Source: Hydrolagus colliei
Taxonomy: Eukaryota
Length of the DNA stretch: 64,000 nucleotides
NCBI GenBank assembly: GCA_035084275.1
Contig: CM068777.1
Location: forward strand, 1,116,001-1,180,000
Direction: 5' to 3'
Position numbers and translations under genes: made by a program. This document shows positions 1 through 11,000 of this stretch, piece after piece. How positions within the stretch are numbered: the stretch's first letter is position 1; each line of letters begins with the position of its first letter. The notes below the pieces were generated by a model. It saw only the letters and a program-made list of their open reading frames with translations. It searched no databases and was not told the origin of the DNA.

Positions 1-370
1 ACTTCAATCCACGGCTGTTTGTGGGACACTGCTGTGTGCAATTGGCTGCCACTATACAGTCCCTACACTTTACAATATACTCTGTGAAGCACTTTGAGGC
101 GTCTTGAAGATGTGCTAAGTGGCCGCATTTTTTTTCCCCTTGAGAAATGTAAGGATTTTTTTAAAATATAGTTTTTTATTATGGAATGAATTGACGTAAA
201 ATGGGATGAGGAGGTAGAGCCACAAGTTTTAGTCCAGTCTTCAAATCTTCCCTTCGCTGGCTGGTTGGCTGGGCTGGGCTGTCAGGAAGGCGGATGAGTT
301 GGGTGGCTCAGGCTGGTGTCAGAGGTGATGTCTTCCCTCCTTTATGAATTCTCCTCTTATTCCTATTCAG

Positions 371-489
371 AGCAAGGTACGAGGCCCTGTGAGCGGTAGC
401 CCAGAGAACGTCAGTGCCAGTCGGCTGTCAGCCTCCAGCCAGCCCGTGTCCCCAGCCCGAGTTGACCCAAGCATCCCCTTCTCCGAGAG
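371..489 (+). CDS. IKBKB: IKBKB antepenultimate coding exon
   Basis: ttcag|AGC AAG GTA CGA ... GAG AG|gttaaa; 119 nt, phase 0-2. Confidence 0.9.
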
Positions 490-2471
490 GTTAAAACAGA
501 AGTAAGTTACTCTCTACCTCCCTCTGCCCAGGACCTCTAATGTCTTGTCCACCAACCCTACTGTTGGTTCAATGAGTGACTTGATGCCCCCATCCCACCA
601 TCGGCTTGTGAGTGGGGGCTGGATTTGGGGCTATCCTTCCCCTGCGCTCAGGAACTCCATTCTTCAGTTTCTCAGGCTCATTTTCCCTCCCCCTGTCCTG
701 TTACCCCCACCACCAACCCCCTCACCCCCCAGTCCGCTTGTTCAAAGCTTGTCTCAAGACTCGCCTCTTTAATAGTGCCTCCTACCATCTCTCCCCTTCC
801 CACTCAGTGGTACTTTCAACCATCTCTTCACCCAACTCAATATTTTTTTTAAATTTGGTCACTCAATCCAAACTGTGCGCAATGGGGTGCTGGTTTTTCC
901 CACAAAATACAGTTACTACACTTTACAGTATATTCTGTGAAGCAATTTGAGGCTTTGAGACGTGGAAATAATAATAATAATCCTTGTATTTGACATTGCG
1001 TGTCCTTTGTGTCCGTCTCTCTCTCTCTCCAGTGAGGATTCTCTGATGGTGATGATGATCGAAGAGAGTGTGAGCCACCAAAACCAGTTACAGAGTGTCC
1101 TACAGGATACTATCCAGGACAATGACTTGCTACAGGTACCACACGGCTTTCATTTGCCATTAAATTGTCATCTTGAATGTGACTACATCTCTGCGTCTCC
1201 TCTGTGCCTCACTGCTCTCAGCCCTGCCTGAGGTGTGGCCTCTTCTCACTACCCAACCCCCAGCTCGAGTCCAAATCCCTGACTGTCCAACGCCTTTTAC
1301 CTGTGGACTTGATGGGCCGAATGGCCTCCTTTTGTGCCGTAAGACTCTATGATTCTATGAAAGGCGCTGAGTGAATATATTTTATCGTTCATAGAATCAT
1401 AGAATCCTACGGCACAAAAGGAGTCCATTCGGCCCATCGAGTCTGTGCCGACTGTTTAAAAAGAGCAATTTAATCCCACTCCCTTGATTTCTCTCTCCCC
1501 ATAACCTTGCAAACCGGTCCTCCCCAAATAAACGTCTACCTCTTGTTTAAAAGTTGTTATCGACTCGGCCTCCACCACCTTTTCAGGAAATGCATTCCAG
1601 ATTCGAACAAATAGCTAGAACTCATTCTAGCTATTTCAGTACATCCGCATCTTAGACTGGGCACAGTTCGCCCACCAATGGCCTCGGCCTTGCCGCCAAA
1701 GGTTAGACAATTGTTTCTGGTGACATGTGTACCATTGCACGCCAGTTGCTGGATTGGATTGTGGCCAAACCATTGAAATGTCTACTGTCTGGCGTCACAG
1801 ACGTGTTTTTGATTTTACTTCTCCATTTTTCCGCCCGCCCCCCCCCCCCCCGTGTCCTTGTCAGCAAACACCCAGATATAAATAGGCCGTTAGAGCGCTC
1901 GCCTTGCAAGTACCTGACTTTCAAATTGGTGGAGAGAAACTTTAGGCAAGTTTCGTTACTCCACACACACACACGCCTCTGTTTACCCAGCAGTATGTAG
2001 AAAGCTGTTTGTTAGTCGATTGGCAGATCCCTTTCAATCTCAATTTGGTTACTCAACGCATGACTGTGCACAATTGGCCAACGCTTTTCGACCCCCAAAT
2101 CCACCCGTCAGTCCACATCACAACATATCTGTGAAGCGCTTTGAGATGTCTCTGGGCTGTGCAAGGGGCAATGCAAGGTGTCATTGTTGTCTCAACGATG
2201 TGATAAGGGACTAGATGAAATGCAAGGATGATGATTACTATTATATTTTCAAAATAGAGTCACTACCCTTAATAGCTCTTTGAGACTGTGGGTTAGTCAG
2301 CTTTATGAGGAACTGTGTGTGTGTGTGTGTGGTGTGTGTGTTTTTATATTTAAAAAAACTGTAATAGTTTTGTGTTTGCTGGAAGTGAAATCAGATTGAA
2401 ACGCGTGTGATTTATGGACTCTTTGTTCTGTGTTCCAGACGCTGGATTGGAGTTGGCTTCCAACTCACTGA
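371..2471 (+). CDS. IKBKB: IKK-beta, 3' end (last three coding exons: 371-489, 1033-1135, 2439-2471)
   Basis: GT-AG exons join in frame to SKVRGPVSGSPENVSASRLS...SEDSLMVMMIEESVSHQNQLQSVLQDTIQDNDLLQ-TLDWSWLPTH*. SKVRGPVSGSP is IKKbeta-type and LDWSWL is the NEMO-binding motif. Lies upstream of POLB as at human 8p11. Confidence 0.93.
1033..1135 (+). CDS. IKBKB: IKBKB penultimate coding exon
   Basis: ctccag|T GAG GAT ... CTA CAG|gtacc; 103 nt, phase 2-0. Confidence 0.88.
2439..2471 (+). CDS. IKBKB: IKBKB terminal coding exon with NEMO-binding domain
   Basis: ttccag|ACG CTG GAT TGG AGT TGG CTT CCA ACT CAC TGA = TLDWSWLPTH*. Confidence 0.93.
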   Translation, partial: TLDWSWLPTH

Positions 2472-2882
2472 GGATGTATCTGGAGCCTTGCAGGCCCGTT
2501 TCCTTTCTACCCCCCACCCCCCCTCGCCCGCCACCGTTGGTGAACTCTCTCTAACCCTTTACCTCATTCCCTCTTGTCAGCCAGCCCGTGTCATGCTTTG
2601 ATACCCGATCCAAGTGGGAGATTAACACCCCTATGAACTAGTGTGGGTGGGGTATCTGGCACCCTCCCTGATCCACACACTCTGACACACACACTTTCCA
2701 GCCGGGGATGACTGTAGAGCAATTGGTATTGACCTCCCAGCTGATTTTATTCCCTCCCCTCCACCTCTGCTGGTATACACAAAAACCAATTCCTTCCTAA
2801 CCCAATGCCGTTGAGGCCAATTATCCACAAGACTGCTTGTATAGGCTAGGATAAGAGGACAGTCTCTGGTTGCTGTCATGCG

Positions 2883-3407
2883 TCTGCTCCCCAACCTCCG
2901 GCCCGCAGGCCACATCCGGCCCAGGTTGGGGTGGGGGGGGGTGGTGGGGGGAAATTATTTAATCCAGCCCTCCAACTATTTCTAATTTGGCTCATTATCC
3001 GACGAGCCAATCAGGAGACAATCACGAAACTGTCACTGGGTGGCTCCTGCTCCGCCCAGCGACGTGACTGACCAATCACGAAACTGTCACTGGGTGGCTC
3101 CTGCTCCACCTGATGACGTGACTGACCAATCAGGAGGTTGCCACTGGGTGGCTCCTGCTCCGCCCAGCGACGTGACTGACCAATCAGGAGACTGTCACTG
3201 GGTGGCTACTGCTCCACCCGGCAACATGACTGACTGACCAATCAGGAGACTGTCACTGGGTGGCCACTGCTCCACCCGGCAACATGACTGACTGACCAAT
3301 CAGGAGACAGTCACTGTGGGCCACCACAAAGATATAATATGACTTGACCATTTCTCACTGTTGAGCGTCTACGGTCCCTCAACGGCCAAAGGGTTGGACC
3401 AACCCTG
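2883..3407. mobile_element. hAT-Charlie-like non-autonomous element containing a minisatellite
   Basis: Left end ctccccaacctccggcccgcaggccacatccggccc and right end aaagggttggaccaaccctg resemble Charlie/MER-type termini. Left TIR is degenerate. Confidence 0.55.
3007..3316. repeat. 54/58-bp minisatellite (about 5.5 units)
   Basis: caatc unit starts at 3019, 3073, 3127, 3181, 3239, 3297; unit caatcacgaaactgtcactgggtggctcctgctccgcccagcgacgtgactgac. Confidence 0.95.
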
Positions 3408-4079
3408 GCTCTGGACCATCCCAGACCTGGCAGTGATGGCTGGACATATGACTGGCTTTGGGTGGCCCTTGGTGAAAGAGTCTGGGGGGAGAGTGGAGGG
3501 AGGAGGAGTCCCCTAGATATTTATTTCCTCTAAACAATCCTTTGTGTCCCTCCTACTTCAATACCTCCCTCCACCTCCAACCTGCACCACCCTCCCCTCC
3601 CCATGCTCATAAAATGCACACAGAGGGGAGGAGAACCCCCTTACTTATTCCTGTCCATGGGAAGCTAAGCTGATCTGTTCTGATCCGGTCTGAGCCATTT
3701 GGTGCCTTTGTCCACGTGCCTGTTTCAGGGCTTCCTTGACATCTCATTATGGTGGAGGGGTGGGTGGGGGTGTGAGAGGGTGAGTTGGGTGGTGAGCGAG
3801 GATCATCATCGTGCCCGTGTCCTAACTGTGTGAGAAACTAATTGTTGCGCACGGGTTTTATGTTCTGAAAATTAAAATGGAATTTTAATTTACTTGAAGA
3901 GCAGAAGTCTGTAATTGTCCATCTGGCCACCCCAAAGCCCATTGCCGTTTATTTTCATTATTAATAATAATAATAATCCTTGCATTCAATACAGCACCTG
4001 ATCATGTTTTCGAGGCGCCTCTAAGCGCCTCACAGGATATGCTGTAAAGTCCTGTAACAGTACATTTTCTAGGCGAAAA

Positions 4080-4345
4080 GCAGAAGCCAATGGTGCCCAG
4101 CAGCGTCCCACAGACAGCCGAGGAGCGAGTGAATCAATTTTATCTGATGGATTGATGGCCGGATCACCAAGAGACAGAAACTCCCTTTTCTTTTCAAACA
4201 GTGCCGTGGAATCTTTTAACGTTGGCCTGAACAAACTTTTGTTATAATCATTATAATAATAATACCACTCCCAGCTGCAGTCTGATTGATACAAGTTTTA
4301 ACATCCCCCAAGAGATCGGTTCAGATGACGCACTGTTAACATTAT
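4080..4345 (-). mobile_element. Old DeuSINE-like (SacSINE1-type) remnant
   Basis: The minus strand has Deu-domain-like motifs (aaaagattccacggcactgtttgaaaagaaaagggagtt) followed by the ctgtgggacgctgctg...attggct tail. Family assigned from memory of the consensus. Confidence 0.45.
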
Positions 4346-4635
4346 TAAAGCAGTGCCTTTGGCTCATCCAGGATCCTCACACGGCCAACCATTCCCGCAT
4401 CATACGATCGAGTTTCTTTTATTTAATGAGTCCGAGCATCTGGGCTTCACCCATTCTTCCTGGCAACCCGGTTTGACTCATTGATTACACTGCATTTTAG
4501 GCTAATCTCCTACTGGTAATTGTTATTGAAGAGAACATGACAGGCCAAAAAAAATCATCTAGGACACAGAGAGAGAGAGAGAGAGAGAAATTACCTACTC
4601 TTTTTAACATCTACCTGAACAAGACACACACGGGG

Positions 4636-4771
4636 TAATCTGAAACAAAAACAAAGGTTGCTGGGGAAACTCAGCAGGTCAAGCAGCATCCATGGAGAAA
4701 GGAAAAAGAGTCAACGTTTCGGGTCTACAACCCTTCGTCAGAACGCTTGACCTGCTGAATTTCCCCAGCAA
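4636..4771. mobile_element. Penelope-like element remnant forming an inverted repeat
   Basis: gttgctggggaaactcagcaggtcaagc ... gcttgacctgctgaatttccccagcaac, with an acgtttcggg..cccttcgtcag core. Related copies at 22280-22404, 36113-36330 and 57120-57200. Confidence 0.65.
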
Positions 4772-6724
4772 CATAAGAACATCAGAATTAGGAGGAGGAA
4801 TAGGCCATCCAGCCCTTCGAGCCTACTCCGCCATTCAATAAGATCATGCTGATCTTCTCACCTAACTCTAATTACCCCATATCGCCTAATCCATCTATTT
4901 TTCAAAAATCTATCAGTCTCAGCCTTGAAAATGTTCAAGGACTGAGCATCTACAGCTTTCTGGGGTAGTGAATTCCATAAATTCACGGTAGTGAATTCCA
5001 TAAATTCACTACCCTCTGAGTGAAGAAATGTTTCCTCAACTCTGTTCTAAAAGGCTGACCCTTCATTTTAAGACTGTGACCTCTAGTTATAGATTCTCCT
5101 ACCAGGGGAAACAGTCCCTCAGTGCCTACTTTATCCAGACCTTTAAGAATCTTATATGTTTCAATAAGATCCCCCCTAATTCTTCTGTACTCTAGAGAAT
5201 ACAGCCCTAGTTTATTCAACCTATCCTCATAGGTCAGTCCCCTCATCCCAGGAACTAACCTAGTGAATCTACGCTGCAGATTCAAGTAGATTCAAAGGTA
5301 AGTATGTCCTTTATTAAGTAAGGAGACCAAACCTGCACACAATACTCTAGGTGCGGTCTCACCTGAGCCTTATACAGTTGCAGCAAGACTTCCCTACTCT
5401 TGTACTGTAAACCTTTTGAAATGAACGCTAACATTGAATTCCATCTGCGACCTACTTGCCCACTCCCCTAGCCTATCTATATCTTGTTGCAATCTTTTTG
5501 CATCATCCTCAGAGCTCACTGCTACCTAGTTTAGTGTCATCCGCGAATTTAGACACATTACATTCAATGTTCTCATCTAGATCATTGATGTAAATAGTAA
5601 ATAGCTGAGGCCCAAGCACTGATTCTTGTGGCACTCCACTAGTTACATCCTGCCAATTCGAGAATGATCCGTTTATCGCTACTCTCTGCTTTCTACTCGA
5701 TAGCCACTCTTCTATCCATGTTAATATTTTCCCATTAATCCCGTGGGCCTTAATCTTTTGTGCGGCACCTTGTCAAATGCCTTCCTAAAATCCAAATATA
5801 CCACATCTACTGGTTCCCTCTTATCCAACTGCTGGATACATCCTCAAAAAATTCTAAAAGATTAATCAAGCATGACTTCCCTTTGTAAAGCCATGTTGAC
5901 TCTGCCTAATCTTTTTATGGTCTTCAAGGTATCCCATAACTACATATTTTATTAAGGACTCAAGAATTTTCCCTAAACTGACGTCAGACTAACTGGTCTA
6001 TAGTTTCCCATATTTTCTCTCCCACCCTTCTTATATAGTGGAGTTACGTTTGCAATCTTCCAAACAATGGGGACTTTTCCAGTATCCAGAGAATTTTGGA
6101 AGATTATAGACAAGCCATCCACTATCTCAGTAGCCACCTCCTTTAAAACTCTAGGATGCAGGCCATCCGGTCCAGGGGATTCATCGGTTTTAAGACCTGA
6201 CAATTTACCTAGAACCATCTCTTTACTAATGTTAATCTCCCTAAATTGTTCGCTAACATTGTCTTCTTGGTTCCCCTCTATGTTTGGTATGTTTCCAGTG
6301 TCTTCTACGGTGAAGACTGTAGAAAAATACTTGTTTAATGTCTCTGCCATGTCTTTGTCCCCTATTATAATTCCTCCGGTCTCTGCCTGTAATGGACCCA
6401 CATTCACCCTCACTAGCCTTTTCCTCTTTATATATGTGTAAAAACTCTTGCAGTCTGTTTTTATGTTCTTCGCTAGTTTGCACTCATAATCTATTTTCTC
6501 CCTTTTAATCCATTTTTTGGTCCTCCTCTGTTGTTCCCTAAAGTTCTCCCAATCCTCAGGTTTACTGCTCATTTTAGCTGTTTTATAGGCTTTTTCTTTT
6601 GACTTGATACTTTCCCTAACTGCTCTAGTTAGGCACGGCTGAACCACCTTTCCCATGGCATTCTTATTCCTCAAAGGAATACATGCTCGCTGGGAATTTT
6701 GCACTATCTCCTTGAATATTTCCA
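4771..6724 (-). mobile_element. CR1 LINE, 5'-truncated and degenerate (ORF2 RT/3' region)
   Basis: ORFs 5973-6788 (...KKGGRENMGNYRPVSLTSV) and 4983-5285 (YEDRLNKLGLYSLEYRRIRGDLIETYKILKG...[14 protein letters not shown]) are typical CR1 ORF2. CR1 3' tail with (TTCTTATG)-like end at about 4771. Confidence 0.93.
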
Positions 6725-7409
6725 CCTGCGCAACATTGCCAGGCTCCGCAACTATCTTAACCCCCGCGCTGCTGAAACACTCGTGCACGCATACATCACC
6801 TCACGGCTGGACTACGGAAACTTTCTCCTCGTCGGCCTCCCCAGTTCCTCCATTCACAGACTGCAGGTCATCCAAAACTCTGCAGCCCGTGTACTATCCC
6901 GCACCCGCCTCCGTGACCACATAACCCCCACCCTCGCCCGTTTCCACTGGCTCCCCATCCTCCAGAGGATCGAGTTCAAGATCCTCGTCCTCACCTACAA
7001 GGCCTTACACGGCCTTGCCCCGCCCTATTTAACCGATCTACTCTCCCCCTACACGCCCACCCAGACCCTTCGTTCAACAGGACTTGGCCTGCTCCAAGCC
7101 CCCCGCCCGAACTGCCCCACCATCGGAGGCCGGGCCTTCAGTTTCTCCGCTCCCACCCTCAGGAATGCCATCCCTCAATCCCTCTGTTTCATTTCTTCCC
7201 TTTCCTCTTTCAAGGCCGGTTTGAAGACTTTCCTCTTCGATCGTGCCTTTTGTTCCACCCCGAACTCTTCTACCTCCCCTTCGTGTTTCACCCCTTCCCA
7301 AACACTCCCCTCTCAGCTCGGGTCACACGCCTCCTGTGCAGCGCCTTGGGACGTCCTCCCGACGTGAAAGGCGCTCTATAAATGTAATTTGTTGTTGTTG
7401 TTGTTGTTG
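6717..7409 (+). mobile_element. L2 LINE 3' fragment
   Basis: [14 protein letters not shown]...SRLDYGN...[14 protein letters not shown] is L2 RT C-terminal sequence; 3' stem-loop gcgccttgggacgtcctcccgacgtgaaaggcgc and (TTG)n tail. Confidence 0.93.
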
Positions 7410-8751
7410 AATGTCTGCCATTGCTGGTCTACTGTCAAATCCTTAAGTCTAGTCTCCCAGTTTATTCTGGCTAAATCCTCTCTCATACCAGCAAAGTTGG
7501 TTCTATTTAAATTGAAGACTTGTTTTTGTTTCAAATTCCCAGCATTTGTAGTATTTTGTGTTTTGACACACGGGGGAAGGCCAAATTAATTTCTCACCCA
7601 AAGGATCCGCCCACAAATATACAGTCAATTCTCCTACTCTCCTTCCCCCTACCCTGACCCCTCCCCCCCCACAGCTCTGAACCTTACTGTTCAGCGCCTT
7701 GGGACGACTTCCAGACATGAAAGGTGCTCTATAAACGTAATTATTGATTGATTGATTGATGGAGTTTCTGACAATGGAGTGCTCTCTCCACATGGCACTG
7801 GGCTGGAGCTTTAGCCTAGAGTGCAAGACTCTGGAACTCTATCCTGAAGTCCCTCCACCTCACCCCCTCCCTGGCTTCCTTCAAGTCTCGCCTCAAGACT
7901 CCTCTGGACCCATCGGCAACTCCGCTCTCCCCCCACCGCCTGTCCTCAGAACCTCAGAAGCAGTAATCTGTCCAGCGCCTTGGGACATCCTCCTGATGTA
8001 AAAGGCGCTGTAGAAGTGTCATTTTGTTGTTGTTCTTGTCCCACAAACTATTGTGCATCTTGAGTGATCAAACTATTGTTATTATTTGGAATAATATTAA
8101 TTATAAGTTCAGTAACATTCTAAAACAGAGAAACTTCAGGATGATGTTCCAAGGCAGTCACTGTTTCGGACCCGAGCTGGGGATCGGGATGGACAGGGTG
8201 GAGGGAAGGGTGGGGGGAAAGAGGATGAATGAAGAGGCATGGTTGCTCAAAGTGGACGATCTTAATGGAGGCAAGAGATGGGGGCGAGGTGGGGAGAAAG
8301 TGGAGTTCCAGAGAGTGGGGATAGAGTGGCTGGAGACCTGACCGACAATAGTAGAGCGAGGCAAGGGGACATGATGCAGAATGGAGCCCGCTGACCGTAG
8401 GGAGTGGGTTGGTTGGTTAGGAGGTCACAGAGGTTGGTGGGGCGGGGGCGGTGGGGAGTGGGGGAGGGAGTCAGTAACAGCCATCGGAACTAGGGTGAGT
8501 TAAAATTTCTTATCAATAAATAAGTAATAAATTTGGTCACTTAACCCACGGCTGTGTTTGGGGGACGCTGCTCTGCACAATTGGCTGCTGCGTTTCGCCC
8601 ACAAATATATATACAGTCAATTCACTTTACAGTGTATTCTGTGAAGCGCTTTGAGGCATCTAGAAGACAGGATAAGGCGCTGGGTCAAATGCCAGGATTA
8701 TTATTATTATTATTAGATGATTCCCTTGACATTGTAAAGAGAGGGAACTCA

Positions 8752-8765
8752 GTTGCCATGGTGAC
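8752..8765. promoter_or_regulatory. RFX X-box motif (GTTGCCATGGTGAC)
   Basis: Reverse complement GTCACCATGGCAAC fits GTNRCC-AT-RGYAAC exactly; about 2.1 kb upstream of the ATG of the ciliary gene ENKD1. Confidence 0.55.
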
Positions 8766-8852
8766 GTGTGAGTCTGACCTACCCCACCAGACGTGGCGAC
8801 GTCACACTCAACGTTGGTTCTGCCAGCCTACAAGGGCACGTTGACGAGGTCC

Positions 8853-9483
8853 CACTGAACTAAAAGACCTGGAAGAATTATCACCCACACAAAGTGTCAC
8901 TACCGATTGTCCGAGGTCACGTGATATCCACCATTTTGGTTGGTCCTCGACGCGACTCATCTCATCTCATGAAGGTACATGTATCTAGGTTTACATTCAC
9001 TGTTTTGTGTAATGATCCTGATACATGAGGTGAATTTAGGTAAAGCTCGTCATGATATTCAATTCATCCATTTTGACCGTTAGTTTTTCTTTGAATTTCA
9101 GATTAATCATCAGTAATTTTTCCAGTCTGAATCGTACTCGTTTTGATCAAAATTTCAGGAACGCTTTGTCACCGATGAGCAATTTGACATTCAGTTATTA
9201 CATGACTGAATTTAACCCCTGGCAAATTCCTCCAGCCAGCCTTAAATGAATTTTTGTGTATTATATTTTTATTATATATGTATTATTTTAAAATTATTTA
9301 TCTGTTTCTCGTTTAGGGAGGGGCACACCCATTCATTTCCTGGGTATGCAAAACTTCATCTTTTGACTCCTCCATAATCCTCAACATTGTATTCGAGGAC
9401 TACGCAATATGGCGGCTTGACGGCGACACCTCGGTCTGTACATTGTGTATAGAGATAATCCTTCCAGGTCTTTTAGTTCAGTG
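8853..9483. mobile_element. CACTG-ended (EnSpm/CMC-like) non-autonomous DNA element A
   Basis: 30-bp TIRs cactgaactaaaagacctggaa(g/a)gattatc match at 29/30; related subterminal blocks. Confidence 0.7.
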
Positions 9484-9496
9484 TTCCCCCTCCCCG

Positions 9497-10101
9497 GACT
9501 GAACTAAAAAAAACTGGATTGTTCATCTCCCCCACAAAGTGTCGCCACCGATTTTCCGAGGTCGCCATTTTGGTTGGTCCTCGACACGATGAGAGTGTGA
9601 CAGGGGAGAGAGGGAGGGGGAGGGGGGAGGATGTGGATCTGGCTCAGATGTTGGCCTATCTCCTCAGGAGGTAAATATCTCTCTGTGTCTCACTCTCTCC
9701 ATCTCTCTCCCTGTGTCTCTCTGTCTGTGTCTCTCTCCTCTCTCACCCCCCCCCCCTCCCCCCACCCAATCTCTATATCTATCTGTCTATCCATCTATTA
9801 TATATATACTGTATATTATCACATCCCTCTCTCTCCCCCCACCCCCTCTTNNNNNNNNNNNNNNNNNNNNNNNNNNNNNNNNNNNNNNNNNNNNNNNNNN
9901 NNNNNNNNNNNNNNNNNNNNNNNNNNNNNNNNNNNNNNNNNNNNNNNNNNNNNNNNNNNNNNNNNNNNNNNNNNNNNNNNCCCACCCCTTGTATACCTGT
10001 ATATTGTATTCGAGGACTACATAATATGGCGGCTTGGCGGCGACACCTCGGTCTGTATATTGTGTATGGAGATGAGCATTCCAGTTTTTTTTAGTTCAGT
10101 G
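9497..10101. mobile_element. CACTG-ended (EnSpm/CMC-like) non-autonomous DNA element B (contains assembly gap)
   Basis: 33-bp TIRs (g/c)actgaactaaaaaaaactgg...catctc; same subterminal blocks as element A. Confidence 0.68.
9851..9980. other. Assembly gap (130 N)
   Basis: Run of N. Confidence 1.
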
Positions 10102-10104
10102 CTG

Positions 10105-10420
10105 CCTACTTACACGTGTGGCGGTTCTCGTGCGTGCGGGCATGCGCGATGACGCGTAGCTATGGCGACCGCTCGGAATTCACTCCGCCCCCTCTGACGT
10201 CGGCGGGCGGTTGGTGACGCATGACGCAGCGTGCGTGCCGCGTCAGGTGTTCGGTGGTGATGGGGGGGGACGGCAACGTGAAGACAGTTGGCGGTTGGAC
10301 TGCCGGCGGCGGGTGAGGTGAGGGGCGAGCGGTCTCCACAGCAATCTCTACAGCGCCCATCACTGACAGACAGGCCCGTCTCCATAGCAACCGTAGCCCA
10401 ACCGGCCCGCGGGCTGCCAA
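10105..10420 (+). promoter_or_regulatory. ENKD1 CpG-island promoter with X-boxes and a probable non-coding exon 1
   Basis: CpG-rich; X-box-like sites at 10156-10169, 10332-10345 and 10378-10391 (GTCTCCATAGCAAC); CRE-like TGACGT/TGACGC; donor-like GCGG|GTGAGG at 10312/10313 and acceptor tttcag| at 10822. Confidence 0.65.
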
Positions 10421-10915
10421 CCTCACCCCCCCCTCCCACCCTATATCTGTGGCCTCCTATCCCCCTTACTAACCTCCCTCCGCTCAGCCTGCTCCACGTA
10501 CCCCCCCCCCCCCCCACCATTGGCGGGCGAGCCTTTAGCCGCTCTGCCCCCCCCCGCCAACCTCTGGAACTCCATCCCTCAGTCCCTCCGCCTCACTCGC
10601 CCCCCACCTCCCTGGTCTCCTTCAAGTCTCGCCTCAAGACCCTGCTCTTTGTCTGTCCCATCGGTCACCCCCCAAATCCCCCCCCTTTGCCTCCCTCCTC
10701 CCTCCCCGACCCCAGCTCGGCTGTGGAACAGCAGCAGTGCAGCGCCTTGGGGCGGCTTCCTGACATGAAAGTCGCTGTCATTTTGTACAAAGTGTGGTTT
10801 TGTTGTTATTTTCCTGTTTCAGGGCAGGGACTGTCAGGTGTAGTGACTGTGCGTGGCGTTTTGCGGTTGGACTCCCCCCCCCCCCACCCCGCGGGGGCGG
10901 CAAAGGTGCCCGAAG

Positions 10916-11000
10916 ATGTCCGAAGGTCCGTCTAAGATCTGCGGCCCCATCCCACCAGACGCCACCCTGTTCCCAGAGTTCTACCAACGGCCGTTGGCAT
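10916..11000 (+). CDS. ENKD1: ENKD1 coding exon 1
   Basis: ATG TCC GAA GGT CCG ... GCA T|gtgag; 85 nt. Confidence 0.92.

Noticed and set aside
3007-3316. CRISPR-like array or 18-aa repeat protein (ORF 3040-3237)
   Set aside because: Units are contiguous with no unique spacers, the context is eukaryotic, and the later 58-bp units break the frame. It is a minisatellite.
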